Below, piece after piece: positions 9,953 to 18,690 of a DNA stretch of 64,000 nucleotides. The stretch comes from a virus. The stretch lies in IMG/VR virus record IMGVR_UViG_3300045996_001561, positions 15,345 through 79,344 of that record; one strand, written 5' to 3'. Made by a program: the position numbers and the translations under genes. Position 1 is the first letter of the stretch. Every line of letters begins with the position of its first letter. The notes below the pieces were generated by a model. That model searched no databases, was not told where the DNA came from, and worked only from the letters and a program-made list of their open reading frames with translations.

Positions 9953-11284
9953 TTAGCGCGGCCTTTCCGCCGTCTCTCCCGTGTACTGCTCCCAGCGGTC
10001 GACGACCACATCACAGTACCCCGGGCTAATCTCGATCCCGTAGCAGGTCAACCCTTCCTGCTCGGCCGCAATGAGCGTACTTCCGCTGCCCAGGAAGGGG
10101 TCATAGACGATATCGCCGGGTCGCCCGGAGAGGCTAAACGCATGCGCCATGAGGGCCACGGGCTTCATGGTCGGATGCTCCGGGGATTTCACGGGGCGGT
10201 CGAACTCCCAGAGCGTATCGTGGGTGCGATCGCCGTAGAACCAGTGGGCCTTCCCCGGTGACCACCCGTAAAAAATCGGTTCCCACCGCCAGTGATAGTC
10301 GACGCCCAGGGGCGCAAAGGTGGCATTATTCTTGACCCAGGCGAGGGTTTGGCGCAGCACCCCGACTTCGGTGAGCGCCAATGAAAAGCGCCACAGGTTA
10401 TTTCCTGACGGCCCGCAGACGTACCAGGGGGAGCCTTCCTCGGTCATCTCCAGGGCCACCCGAAAACTGTTCCGCAGCAGATCGGTGAGTGCCTCACCGT
10501 CGTCCTTCTCGTCACCGTCCAGATCGACGGTCACCCGGTTGCTGGAACCGCGCTGCAGCGAGTCCAGATACCGATTCTTCGCGGCCACATCCACCCCGTA
10601 GGGCGGATCCGTGAACACCAACCGCGCGTTCTCCAGTCCCTCGGTGCCCATGAAGAGCTTGTGGGCGACCTCGATATCCTCGGCATCGCCACAGATGATC
10701 CGGTGCCGCCCCAGCAGGATCAGATCCCCGGGCTGGGTGATCGCCGCGTCGTCGGCCTTCGGCGGCGGTGCTTCATCCTCGGCCTCGCCGTAGGGATTCT
10801 CGTAGGGGCCATCGCCGGTCAGATCGAACTCCGGGTACAGCACATCGGCCCTGACGCCCAGATCGACCAACTCGTCGGGGAACCAGTACTCGGCCACCGC
10901 CTGCACACCCTGGTCGGCATCAGCCTGGATGACTTCCTCGGCCCAGGCCAACCCCTCCTGCGCCGTCCGGTTATCGGCATAGGCCAACTCGCGGGCCTGC
11001 CCCAGCGGGTCGTCGAGATCGAGATCGGTACGTTTCACCGCGATGATGGTATCGCCGGTCGTCTCCACAATGGTGACCGGCAGCCCCATCTCCATCGCCG
11101 CCTCGGCCGTTTTATTCCCGGCGATAATGCGCCCCTCGCCATCGAGCAGGATGGAGCGACCGGCCCCATTGCGCTGCAGCGACTTCTCCAGCAAGTCCCG
11201 ACCGCGCTTCGTGCCCTTGTTCGCGTTGTGATCGTCCGGAGTAATCTCCGTCCAATCGGCCTCAACCACCCGCCGCACCGCCAT
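9953..11284 (-). CDS. ParB-like N-domain fused to N4/N6 DNA methyltransferase (beta class)
   Basis: N-terminal IIAGNKT and LAYADNR; FTDPPY, HPTMKP and YDPFLGSGSTLIAA motifs. Confidence 0.9.
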   Translation of the reverse strand: MAVRRVVEADWTEITPDDHNANKGTKRGRDLLEKSLQRNGAGRSILLDGEGRIIAGNKTAEAAMEMGLPVTIVETTGDTIIAVKRTDLDLDDPLGQARELAYADNRTAQEGLAWAEEVIQADADQGVQAVAEYWFPDELVDLGVRADVLYPEFDLTGDGPYENPYGEAEDEAPPPKADDAAITQPGDLILLGRHRIICGDAEDIEVAHKLFMGTEGLENARLVFTDPPYGVDVAAKNRYLDSLQRGSSNRVTVDLDGDEKDDGEALTDLLRNSFRVALEMTEEGSPWYVCGPSGNNLWRFSLALTEVGVLRQTLAWVKNNATFAPLGVDYHWRWEPIFYGWSPGKAHWFYGDRTHDTLWEFDRPVKSPEHPTMKPVALMAHAFSLSGRPGDIVYDPFLGSGSTLIAAEQEGLTCYGIEISPGYCDVVVDRWEQYTGETAERPR

Positions 11285-11735
11285 CCTCAGAACCTCCGTC
11301 GCGTGATATACCCATCACTCCACTGCAGCACTTCCCAGGAGCGGCCATCAGGATCGTTCGTGATATAGCGATGCCAGATAACCGGACGCTCCCGCTTTGG
11401 AAGGATGCCCCACTTGGGGAATGCGGGAAGCGTCGGGTTTTGGGTGACCCTCATTCGTGGCACGGTGTCCACCCATCCGTCGTGACCCAATCAGGAACCG
11501 GGCCATTGCCCCGCACCTCATTGACCTCATCGGATCCCGGGATGGGCTTGCACACCCACCAATCCCACGCCTGCTCCGGTTCGGTCGTGCGGATCTCGTC
11601 GTCCATCGTTCCTCCTCTGCCGCGCTCCGTAGTCTAACAGGTGTCAGAAATTTCCCGAAATTCAGGGAAAGTGGGGAATGCCGACCTACTCACCCCGCAC
11701 GGAGCGATGCCGTCGTCCCTAAAAATGCCCATATT

Positions 11736-12329
11736 TCACCCCGAAGTGGGGCGATAGTCGATGGTTTTCGTTCCCTTGGAGCAGTTACAGGACAGGCACA
11801 GCGGTTGAATATTGCCGATATCATTCCTTCCCTTCCGGGCTAGCGGCACCACATGATCCGGTGTCAGGGGCTTGCGCTCCCCACAGGCAAGGCACCGATA
11901 CCCATACCGCGCCTGCAGTTCCTCCCATTCCCGGGCCGAGTAACTCCCCCCATTCTTCCGCAACCGCGCCCGACGCCGGGCCGATCGCATCTTGGAGTCC
12001 CGCCGCTCGTCCTCTTTCCGCTTCACCACGGCACAATCCCGGCACCACTTCGGTCGACTCCCCTGCCGAATCACCCACGAAAATTCCGCCCCACACCGCC
12101 GACATGCCACCATTTTTTCCGGATCCCGCTTCGCCTTCCTCCGCTTCTTGAACCGCCGCGCCGCCTCTCGCCGTAACGCATATCCCCGCTCCGTAAACGC
12201 CCACGCCCCCGAGGACTCCCGATCCTTCTTCCTGGCACAGCCCACACAATAGATCGCCCGATAGTGCCGATCCGCTATATCCACCCCACAGACCAAGCAC
12301 CGCCGCTCCCGTACCTGCTTCTTCGTCAT
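11736..12329 (-). CDS. HNH endonuclease with N-terminal zinc fingers
   Basis: CLACG..LTPDHVVPLARKGRNDIGNIQPLCLSCNCSK; upstream of the packaging genes. Confidence 0.9.
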   Translation of the reverse strand: MTKKQVRERRCLVCGVDIADRHYRAIYCVGCARKKDRESSGAWAFTERGYALRREAARRFKKRRKAKRDPEKMVACRRCGAEFSWVIRQGSRPKWCRDCAVVKRKEDERRDSKMRSARRRARLRKNGGSYSAREWEELQARYGYRCLACGERKPLTPDHVVPLARKGRNDIGNIQPLCLSCNCSKGTKTIDYRPTSG

Positions 12330-12485
12330 CCTCTGTTCTCCGCGTAGGGGTCGGAAGGTGTCAAGGGGGTCATCAGCATTGTCCCGAAATGTGGGCCGGA
12401 TTCATACGAAGGCTCCGCTGTAGGACACGTGTTCTACCCCCGCCGCGAAACACCCGTCTGGCCTACCGCGCGGCGCTACCCGGCG

Positions 12486-12527
12486 CTACCCCCCTACCGC
12501 GCGGCAAAGCTACGGGTAGGGGGGTAG
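12486..12527 (-). terminator. Hairpin after gene 12536-12787
   Basis: CTACCCCCCTACC...GGTAGGGGGGTAG inverted repeat. Confidence 0.5.
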
Positions 12528-12535
12528 GGGGTACC

Positions 12536-12787
12536 CTAGGACTGGCACATGCGTTCTAGTACCGCTACCCGCCTAGCCGCCGCGCGTACGTCGTCCGCTA
12601 GGTAGCTAGGTACCGCTACCCTATCCGCGCGGTAGTACCCGACTTCTAGCCGTAGGTCAGCTAGGGCGCTATAGGCATCGGCTAGCCGATCTTCTAGGCC
12701 GCGTAGCCGCGTACCGCGCGGTACCCAAGCGGTACCTTCATATTGGGCTACCGTACTACCGCTAGCCGCTACCATATAGCTATCCAC
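12536..12787 (-). CDS. Small early protein with extreme codon bias
   Basis: Own promoter, leader hairpin and SD GGAGGAAACC; GTG start; all 8 Leu are CTA. Confidence 0.7.
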   Translation of the reverse strand: MDSYMVAASGSTVAQYEGTAWVPRGTRLRGLEDRLADAYSALADLRLEVGYYRADRVAVPSYLADDVRAAARRVAVLERMCQS

Positions 12788-12834
12788 TGGTTTCCTCCTA
12801 CCGCTACGGCTAGCTTCCGTACTAGCCTATAGCT

Positions 12835-12863
12835 ACTATACCATACCCGTAGGCGATTGTCAA
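12835..12863 (-). promoter_or_regulatory. sigma70-type early promoter
   Basis: TTGACA-N17(TGG)-TATAGT. Confidence 0.85.
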
Positions 12864-12867
12864 TAGG

Positions 12868-13038
12868 CTAGTACGCTACCCTATAGGCGCTACCCGCGCC
12901 TAGTGGCCAGTACCCCGTATAGGTACCCCAAGCGCTACGGTACTGTACCCGTACCCCGGCTACCCGCCTAGCCGCTAGCCGCCGTACCCGCGCGCCGCGC
13001 GATAGGTACCCCGTACCCCGGCCGCCTAGCCTAGTCAT
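12868..13038 (-). CDS. 56-aa basic protein (below the ORF-track cutoff)
   Basis: MTRLGGRGTGYLSRGARVRRLAARRVAGVRVQYRSAWGTYTGYWPLGAGSAYRVAY, filling the space between promoters 13112 and 12863. Confidence 0.5.
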   Translation of the reverse strand: MTRLGGRGTGYLSRGARVRRLAARRVAGVRVQYRSAWGTYTGYWPLGAGSAYRVAY

Positions 13039-13083
13039 ACCCTACCCCCTACCGCTACCGTACCTACCTACCTAACTACCGCT

Positions 13084-13112
13084 ACTATAGCATACCCGTA
13101 CGCCATTGTCAA
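13084..13112 (-). promoter_or_regulatory. sigma70-type early promoter
   Basis: TTGACA-N17(TGC)-TATAGT. Confidence 0.85.
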
Positions 13113-13202
13113 CTACCTACGCGCGGGGTAGCTACGGTACTAGGCTATAGCGGCGCGCGGGTAGGTATACGGCTAGTACGGTACTACGGCTATACCTACC
13201 CC

Positions 13203-13231
13203 TTGACATACCCGTACGGCTATGGTAGTAT
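13203..13231 (+). promoter_or_regulatory. sigma70-type early promoter
   Basis: TTGACA-N17(TGG)-TAGTAT. Confidence 0.85.
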
Positions 13232-13305
13232 AGCGGTACTAGGGTAGTACGGGGTAGCGGGTACCCCGGCCTAGCGGGTAGGAAAGGGGGTAGCCTATAG
13301 GGGGG

Positions 13306-13334
13306 TTGACAATCACGGTACGCTATGGTAGGGT
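13306..13334 (+). promoter_or_regulatory. sigma70-type early promoter
   Basis: TTGACA-N17(TGG)-TAGGGT. Confidence 0.75.
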
Positions 13335-13398
13335 ATACCTAGAGCGGGGTACGGGTAGCGCGGTACGGAACGCGCGGTACCCCGTACGGAGGAAACCA

Positions 13399-13734
13399 AT
13401 GCACGGCGTGACAACTGAAGAGCGGTGTTCCTGCGGCGAGTACTCACTCGCTGGGGGTGGGACGATCTGCGCCTCGGAAGCTCGGGCAATCGAGGAGGAG
13501 GCGGTTCGGAGCCACTATGAGGTCGCCTATGACGAGGTCATGCCATTCCTCGTCGAGATGTACCGAGGCGTGGTGGAAGAGGATCGCTCGGCCAACACCT
13601 TGATGGCGGTCGTTAGAGCAGCCCAGCTTGCGCTCATGAACCCCGACATCACGGTCGATTGGGTCAAGGAGCAGTACGAGGACGTTGAGTTCGGAAATCG
13701 CGCGCAAAAGGCGCTCGATCCTCGGGTGGTCTAG
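13399..13734 (+). CDS. Small early protein
   Basis: SD CGGAGGAAACC; start MHGVTTEERCSC. Confidence 0.7.
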   Translation: MHGVTTEERCSCGEYSLAGGGTICASEARAIEEEAVRSHYEVAYDEVMPFLVEMYRGVVEEDRSANTLMAVVRAAQLALMNPDITVDWVKEQYEDVEFGNRAQKALDPRVV

Positions 13735-13761
13735 ACAAGCGCCCACAATTCAGGCTCGGTA

Positions 13762-13826
13762 GGGGTACCCTCGGTACCCCGCTGGGTCGTGAGAAACGTA
13801 CAGGGGTACCCTCCTTCGGGTACCCC
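13762..13826. terminator. Paired hairpins between convergent genes
   Basis: GGGGTACC-ctc-GGTACCCC (13762-13780) and GGGGTACCC-tccttc-GGGTACCCC (13803-13826). Confidence 0.6.
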
Positions 13827-13846
13827 CAGGAATCCGAACGTTCGTG

Positions 13847-14110
13847 CTACGGCACGATCTCCCACGCCGCGTCCTCGGGGTCGTAGGAAAACGCCTCGCC
13901 GTTGGCGCAGATGGCCGTGGCTGACCCATCCTCAAAGACTCGGAGGACTTCGCAATCCGGGGTTAAAAGACTCTGAACGTAGCGTTCGTGCGCGTTCAGA
14001 AATCGCGCCATCGCGTAGTCCGGCTCGGGCGGAACGTGGGCCGACGCGCTCCCCGTACCCAAAACCGCCGCAATCCCGAATGCCGCTACCGCGTACCGTA
14101 CCTTCCGCAT
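13847..14110 (-). CDS. Small secreted early protein
   Basis: Sec-type signal MRKVRYAVAAFGIAAVLGTGSASA; own promoter. Confidence 0.7.
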   Translation of the reverse strand: MRKVRYAVAAFGIAAVLGTGSASAHVPPEPDYAMARFLNAHERYVQSLLTPDCEVLRVFEDGSATAICANGEAFSYDPEDAAWEIVP

Positions 14111-14149
14111 CGCCTACCCCTTTCGTACGTACCTTTTTCAACTAGGGGT

Positions 14150-14178
14150 ACTATAGCATACCCGGCCTAGTTTGTCAA
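14150..14178 (-). promoter_or_regulatory. sigma70-type early promoter
   Basis: TTGACA-N17(TGC)-TATAGT. Confidence 0.85.
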
Positions 14179-14215
14179 GGGGTACCTATAGGGAGAATAG
14201 CCTACCCCCTACCCC

Positions 14216-14244
14216 TTGACAAACTGGTAGGGGTATGGTACTAT
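14216..14244 (+). promoter_or_regulatory. sigma70-type early promoter
   Basis: TTGACA-N17(TGG)-TACTAT. Confidence 0.85.
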
Positions 14245-14312
14245 AGCCGTAGTTGAAAAAGGGTAGCGGGTAGCGGTAGCGGTACCGTACGCGCTACCCG
14301 GAGGGTACGAAG

Positions 14313-14594
14313 GTGGATTGCCCCACAATGGAAGAGGAAGCGCGGGAAGCGGTAGGTATCGCTTTCTGGCGGGATCACGGCGACGACGTCGAGGCATTGA
14401 CCTCCGCGATCGAAACCGGGAAGATCGAGGCTCGGACGTGCTTCGACGCCATCCTCGCTCGGAAATCCTGGCGAAACGCGGTCGATATCGATTACGCGGC
14501 CGAGGCGGAAGTCGAGTACAACTTGGCCGAGTTGTGGTGGGATCTGCAGCATCCAGATCGGGAATTCCTCGACGCCATGCCCCTGGTCGGATAA
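14313..14594 (+). CDS. Small acidic early protein
   Basis: Own promoter and SD GGAGG; strongly acidic. Confidence 0.7.
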   Translation: MDCPTMEEEAREAVGIAFWRDHGDDVEALTSAIETGKIEARTCFDAILARKSWRNAVDIDYAAEAEVEYNLAELWWDLQHPDREFLDAMPLVG

Positions 14595-14614
14595 TCCGTA
14601 CAACGCACCGAATC

Positions 14615-14689
14615 GCTCGGGTTCCCTCGGGAATCCGGGCTTTTCGGGGTGACAGGTGTTGGGAGTCCTCGGGATTTCCCAAGGACTCC
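14615..14689. terminator. Paired hairpins between convergent genes
   Basis: GCTCGGGTTCC..GGAATCCGGGC followed by TTTT, and GGGAGTCCT..AGGACTCCC. Confidence 0.6.
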
Positions 14690-14697
14690 CCGTGGGT

Positions 14698-14964
14698 TCA
14701 AAACCGCTCGGGTAGGTTTCCGTAGCGTTCAAGGAGGAAGATCTGATCGTCCAGATCCGGCTCCTTTGGCGTGGGATCGGCTCGGCGGCTCGGGTAGATT
14801 CGCTCAAATTCGTCCAGATCGGGGTCGTCTCCGTACAAGGCTCGGAGCGTCTCCCAAATCCCCACCGCTCGACCGAATTCGTAGGGGTTGGCGTGGTTCA
14901 TCTCCACGTTCGCGCGTCGGATCAGGTTTCCGACCTTTTCGCGCTGGGTGATCGGTATCGCCAT
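14698..14964 (-). CDS. Small early protein
   Basis: SD AAGGAGGAG; start MAIPITQREK. Confidence 0.7.
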   Translation of the reverse strand: MAIPITQREKVGNLIRRANVEMNHANPYEFGRAVGIWETLRALYGDDPDLDEFERIYPSRRADPTPKEPDLDDQIFLLERYGNLPERF

Positions 14965-15001
14965 CGGCTCCTCCTTTTTCCGTACCTTCCAACGTGGGGG
15001 T

Positions 15002-15030
15002 ATAGTACCATACCCGTATGCTTTTGTCAA
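15002..15030 (-). promoter_or_regulatory. sigma70-type early promoter
   Basis: TTGACA-N17(TGG)-TACTAT. Confidence 0.85.
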
Positions 15031-15067
15031 GGGGTAGGGGTGGGGTATTTTGCTACGGCTATACCCC

Positions 15068-15096
15068 TTGACAAACTAGTAGGGGTATGCTATAGT
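15068..15096 (+). promoter_or_regulatory. sigma70-type early promoter
   Basis: TTGACA-N17(TGC)-TATAGT. Confidence 0.85.
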
Positions 15097-15152
15097 AGCC
15101 ACAGTTGGATCGGGGTACGGAACCCAGATCCGGGTAGACGAAGGAGGAAACG

Positions 15153-15428
15153 GTGAAATTGGATAAGGCGAAGAAGGAATTGGTCAAGTCGTTGCTGGCG
15201 GAATCCGCGCAAGCGGTCGAGGATGCCAGAAAAGCCGACCGGGAAGCCAAGACCGGCTCCAAGACCCGATTTGAGCGGGTTCGGCTCCAAGGCGTCGAAA
15301 CCGGGATCACCACGGCGCTGATCGCGATCTTTGGCGAGGATGCGGTGGCGCTCGTCGAGGACGAGATCACCACGGAGAAGGAGAAGGCGGAACTTGCCGC
15401 GCAGGAGCCGGTTGAGGACGCCGCCTAG
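15153..15428 (+). CDS. Small helical early protein
   Basis: SD GGAGGAAAC; GTG start. Confidence 0.75.
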   Translation: MKLDKAKKELVKSLLAESAQAVEDARKADREAKTGSKTRFERVRLQGVETGITTALIAIFGEDAVALVEDEITTEKEKAELAAQEPVEDAA

Positions 15429-15434
15429 ACCCTC

Positions 15435-15515
15435 GGGGGTACCCTCGGAAGCGGGGGTACCCTCGTCTGCGCCCAGAACGCGGGCAAAGAGCCACTCCCC
15501 AGGCATCCTGGGGAG
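15435..15515. terminator. Paired hairpins between convergent genes
   Basis: GGGGGTACCCTCG-gaag-CGGGGGTACCCTC and CTCCCCAGG-cat-CCTGGGGAG. Confidence 0.55.
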
Positions 15516-15530
15516 GCTCGGGGTCGTGGC

Positions 15531-15683
15531 CTAGAGCGGGAATCGGTAGGATCGACCCATACGCACCGATGCAAGATAGGATCGACCAACGTTGGCGCGG
15601 CGTGCGGCTCGGTACGACCAGATGCCAGCAACTCGCTTGCGGTGGTAGCGGTAGATCTTCCGCACGATCCAGGGGGTTTCCAT
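15531..15683 (-). CDS. 50-aa basic early protein
   Basis: SD TCGGAGGAAACC; start METPWIVRK. Confidence 0.6.
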   Translation of the reverse strand: METPWIVRKIYRYHRKRVAGIWSYRAARRANVGRSYLASVRMGRSYRFPL

Positions 15684-15735
15684 AGGGTTTCCTCCGATCT
15701 TTGCCGGGGTGCCGTACCCCGATTCCGTAGTTCCT

Positions 15736-15764
15736 ATACTACCATACCCGTAGGAAAGTGTCAA
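15736..15764 (-). promoter_or_regulatory. sigma70-type early promoter
   Basis: TTGACA-N17(TGG)-TAGTAT. Confidence 0.85.
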
Positions 15765-15779
15765 GGGGTAGAATAGGGG

Positions 15780-15808
15780 TTGACAAACGTACGCGGGTAT
15801 GGTAGTAT
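15780..15808 (+). promoter_or_regulatory. sigma70-type early promoter
   Basis: TTGACA-N17(TGG)-TAGTAT. Confidence 0.85.
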
Positions 15809-15855
15809 TCACCTACGTTGAAGGGGGTACGGAAACCCCGAAGGAGGAATCGCCC

Positions 15856-16110
15856 ATGAAGCGCGAGGATTACGAGTTCCTGATCGAGAAAGCCGAGAAG
15901 GTGGTACGGGATCACCAAACGGCCGTGGACGTGGTCGAAGGCGTCGATAATTCGCGGGAATCGGTCATGGCCATGAAGCTGGCCGAGGCGCGGATGGAGG
16001 GATTTTTCGACGGAATCTTCGCCGCCTCGCGGGATTCCTGCCTCGCGGGATTTGTGCGCCAAGATGCCAAGTTTCGGATGGATCGGGATCGGATTCTCGA
16101 TCTGAGCTAG
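15856..16110 (+). CDS. Small early protein
   Basis: SD AAGGAGGAA; start MKREDYEF. Confidence 0.7.
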   Translation: MKREDYEFLIEKAEKVVRDHQTAVDVVEGVDNSRESVMAMKLAEARMEGFFDGIFAASRDSCLAGFVRQDAKFRMDRDRILDLS

Positions 16111-16128
16111 CACCGCTCGGATCAGCAC

Positions 16129-16208
16129 GGAAACCGTGGGGAGATCCCCACGGTTTCCTGCCTCCCTGGAAAGGCACGACGAAGGGTACCCCGAGGATGG
16201 GGTACCCT
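16129..16208. terminator. Paired hairpins between convergent genes
   Basis: GGAAACCGTGGGGA..TCCCCACGGTTTCC and AGGGTACCCC-gaggat-GGGGTACCCT. Confidence 0.6.
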
Positions 16209-16222
16209 CGGTGGCGTGGTTT

Positions 16223-16510
16223 CTACCAGCCTTCCTCCCACTCTCGCTCGGTCGTGCAGCCCACGATCGCGCATGGCTCGACGTAGGAGTAGCGACCAAA
16301 GGCGATGCCGCCTTCGATCCCGACCATCTCTAGCTTGCGGACGTTGCCGACCAGCCGCAGATCCGTGGGATCGGTGCCTTGCGCGCGGTAGTCCGCGTAG
16401 TGATCCTTTTCCTCTTTCAGGAAGGCTTGGGCGTCCTTCTTGGTGCGGAAGGTTCCCTGGTATTCGTCGTTGACGCCGTCCCCTAATCCCGCGTACCCGT
16501 GGTAATGCAT
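16223..16510 (-). CDS. Small early protein
   Basis: Own promoter; SD AAAGGAG. Confidence 0.7.
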   Translation of the reverse strand: MHYHGYAGLGDGVNDEYQGTFRTKKDAQAFLKEEKDHYADYRAQGTDPTDLRLVGNVRKLEMVGIEGGIAFGRYSYVEPCAIVGCTTEREWEEGW

Positions 16511-16545
16511 GCGCGTCTCCTTTCTGCGACCTTCAACGTGGGGGT

Positions 16546-16574
16546 ACTATAGCATACGGGTACGCCATTGTCAA
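16546..16574 (-). promoter_or_regulatory. sigma70-type early promoter
   Basis: TTGACA-N17(TGC)-TATAGT. Confidence 0.85.
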
Positions 16575-16577
16575 GTC

Positions 16578-16606
16578 TTGACAATCGGGGTAGGGTATGG
16601 TAGTAT
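16578..16606 (+). promoter_or_regulatory. sigma70-type early promoter
   Basis: TTGACA-N17(TGG)-TAGTAT; -35 is only 3 bp from the divergent -35. Confidence 0.85.
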
Positions 16607-16653
16607 ATAAGCGTGGTAGGGAAACGGAACCCTACGGATCACGGGAGGATGCG

Positions 16654-16887
16654 ATGAAAGTTGATCCGATCTATGCGTACGCGCTTGATGGGCATCTGGA
16701 GGATTGCCAGGGGAATCACCTGGGAACCTATCGGGTGATCTCCCGGTGGCGCGTGGGATCGCGCTACATGGGCTGGTATACGTGGCACGCCATCCGGGCG
16801 AGGATCCGGGGTCTCGATGGGGAGATGTGGGCGCGGTACAACGTCGACAACGGCTCGGCCGTCGCGCTGCGACCGGTGCGATCATGA
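16654..16887 (+). CDS. Small early protein
   Basis: SD GGGAGG; start MKVDPIY. Confidence 0.7.
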   Translation: MKVDPIYAYALDGHLEDCQGNHLGTYRVISRWRVGSRYMGWYTWHAIRARIRGLDGEMWARYNVDNGSAVALRPVRS

Positions 16888-17078
16888 GTCTCACGCCAAA
16901 CCCGACGTTCGATCCGAAAACGGGGGAGGATCTGCCTCCCCACGTCCGCTACGATGGCTGGTTCCATACGTGCGGCGACTGTGGGAATGATGATGCGGTG
17001 TTCATCGTCACCCTCGACGGCGAGGATCACTTCTCCTGTCGATCATGCGTCTATGCGCACTATCTCGCTATCGCGTAG
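16884..17078 (+). CDS. Small zinc-finger protein
   Basis: CGDC..CRSC; ATGA-coupled. Confidence 0.6.
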   Translation: MSLTPNPTFDPKTGEDLPPHVRYDGWFHTCGDCGNDDAVFIVTLDGEDHFSCRSCVYAHYLAIA

Positions 17079-17112
17079 GAGGCTCGGCGCTTCGCACCAG
17101 AAGGAGGCTCGG

Positions 17113-17367
17113 ATGGCTCGGTATTGCCGGGATCGGTACGAGGGTCAGCTTCGTGCCAACATCTACGGTGCCACCAAATACGTGGTGGCTGATGTGGAAA
17201 CCGGGAGGATCGTCGCGGAACTCGACGAGAACGATCAGCTCCTGACGCATGAGAGCGCCCGATCCCTCGCCGCAGGGATGAATGCGATCATCTGGCAGCA
17301 GCGTCGACGTCATGGGCGATGCGCGGGGCATCCCAGGACTCGGGATCGGGGTCAGTCCTCGGTCTAA
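17113..17367 (+). CDS. Small early protein
   Basis: SD AAGGAGG; start MARYCRDR. Confidence 0.65.
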   Translation: MARYCRDRYEGQLRANIYGATKYVVADVETGRIVAELDENDQLLTHESARSLAAGMNAIIWQQRRRHGRCAGHPRTRDRGQSSV

Positions 17368-17380
17368 CCCTCGGGAACAC

Positions 17381-17412
17381 GGATCACCCCCTGGAATTCC
17401 AGGGGGTGATCC
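17381..17412. terminator. Perfect 32-bp palindrome between convergent genes
   Basis: GGATCACCCCCTGGAATTCCAGGGGGTGATCC. Confidence 0.65.
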
Positions 17413-17421
17413 TCGGTGCGG

Positions 17422-17652
17422 CTAGCTGATCCGGGTGTTCCAGAGATTGTCCTTGATCTTCTGCAATCGGTAGGATCGCTTGAGGGCGCTCGGGCGATGC
17501 TTCCCGTTGGCCATCAGATCGTTCTCGCACCGCTCGATCTCGGCGTCGATGCGTCCGACCTCGTCGCGCAACGCTTCGACTAAGGCGTCCACGCGCGACT
17601 GGATCGCATCCTCCGTCAGATTCCGTAGCGGGATCTTGTACCCGGCATCCAT
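17422..17652 (-). CDS. Small coiled-coil early protein
   Basis: SD CGGAGGAA; start MDAGYKIP. Confidence 0.7.
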   Translation of the reverse strand: MDAGYKIPLRNLTEDAIQSRVDALVEALRDEVGRIDAEIERCENDLMANGKHRPSALKRSYRLQKIKDNLWNTRIS

Positions 17653-17701
17653 CCTGATTCCTCCGTTTCCTTTCCGGGGTTCCGTACCCCAACGTGCGTC
17701 A

Positions 17702-17730
17702 ATACTACCATACTGGTACCCTATTGTCAA
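17702..17730 (-). promoter_or_regulatory. sigma70-type early promoter
   Basis: TTGACA-N17(TGG)-TAGTAT. Confidence 0.85.
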
Positions 17731-17733
17731 GGC

Positions 17734-17762
17734 TTGACAAACTACCCCGACTATGGTAGTAT
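17734..17762 (+). promoter_or_regulatory. sigma70-type early promoter
   Basis: TTGACA-N17(TGG)-TAGTAT. Confidence 0.85.
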
Positions 17763-17797
17763 AGAGGCAGTTGAGGATGGTACGGAAAGGAGGCAGC

Positions 17798-18163
17798 ATG
17801 ATCCACGGGAACGAGAACCCCGGCAAGGTGGCCGAGGCGATTGCGGAGGCGTTGCGCACCGCATCAGAGCATGGGGAGTTCGTCGATACGGACGACGAGC
17901 CACCCCGGATCGAGGTCGATCATGGGTTTCAACCCTTCCTCACGATCCGGTTTCGGAATGGCGCGGAATTCCAACTGACTCCGGTCAGATCGGCATGGCC
18001 GTCTGAAGGCTCGGCCCAATTCCTCGGCTGCGATCAGTGCGGCGAGACGGTGTGCGAATGCTGCGAACGCTGCGGTCGACCACCGGGGTACGAGCATGAT
18101 CGCTCGGGGTGCGTCGAGTACATCGCGCCGGAAGGTGATGAGCGGTATCGGGAGGGATCATGA
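17798..18163 (+). CDS. Early protein with Cys-rich C-terminus
   Basis: SD AAAGGAGG; CDQC..CECCERC. Confidence 0.7.
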   Translation: MIHGNENPGKVAEAIAEALRTASEHGEFVDTDDEPPRIEVDHGFQPFLTIRFRNGAEFQLTPVRSAWPSEGSAQFLGCDQCGETVCECCERCGRPPGYEHDRSGCVEYIAPEGDERYREGS

Positions 18164-18360
18164 CCGCATTGGAGGCGATTCGTCGGATCACGGACATCGT
18201 TGAGGCGTGGGAGAACAACCACGATCCCAGCGCCCAGAACGATATCGATACCCTCTACGAGATCCTCGGCATCGCGGGGGAGGTCGAGGAAACCGATCCC
18301 TACGCCCTGACTCCCTCGGAGGAAGATCGCTGGCGGAAAGATCAGGCCCATCCCGCGTAG
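18160..18360 (+). CDS. Small acidic protein
   Basis: ATGA-coupled; SD GGAGG. Confidence 0.65.
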   Translation: MTALEAIRRITDIVEAWENNHDPSAQNDIDTLYEILGIAGEVEETDPYALTPSEEDRWRKDQAHPA

Positions 18361-18435
18361 GACGGATCGGGATCTCCCCCATACCCTCGGTGACATCTGT
18401 CACGCGGGGGTCGGGGTGGTGAAAGGAGAACGATC

Positions 18436-18687
18436 ATGGATCGCTCGGAATGGGTCAGGATCAAGTACCGAGAACTCGATCCCACCGTGGATACCTTCGC
18501 GGATATCCGGGATCACGTTCGGGCATCGCTGCAGGAACAGGTTGACTTCTGGAAGGGTGACACGATCCAGGGTCGGGCCGATGTGGCGCGCCGGAATGCC
18601 CTCGGAGTACCTCCCCTGAATCCCGCGCGGCGTCCAATGGAACGGTGGGCGATCTGCGCGCTCTTTGTCGCGGCCGGGAAGCTGTAG
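18436..18687 (+). CDS. Small early protein
   Basis: SD AAAGGAG. Confidence 0.65.
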   Translation: MDRSEWVRIKYRELDPTVDTFADIRDHVRASLQEQVDFWKGDTIQGRADVARRNALGVPPLNPARRPMERWAICALFVAAGKL

Positions 18688-18690
18688 GGG

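Noticed and set aside
12470-13400. Stop-codon (TAG) recoding
   Set aside because: TAG is abundant but out of frame; both genes read openly in code 11 and TAG ends many genes normally.
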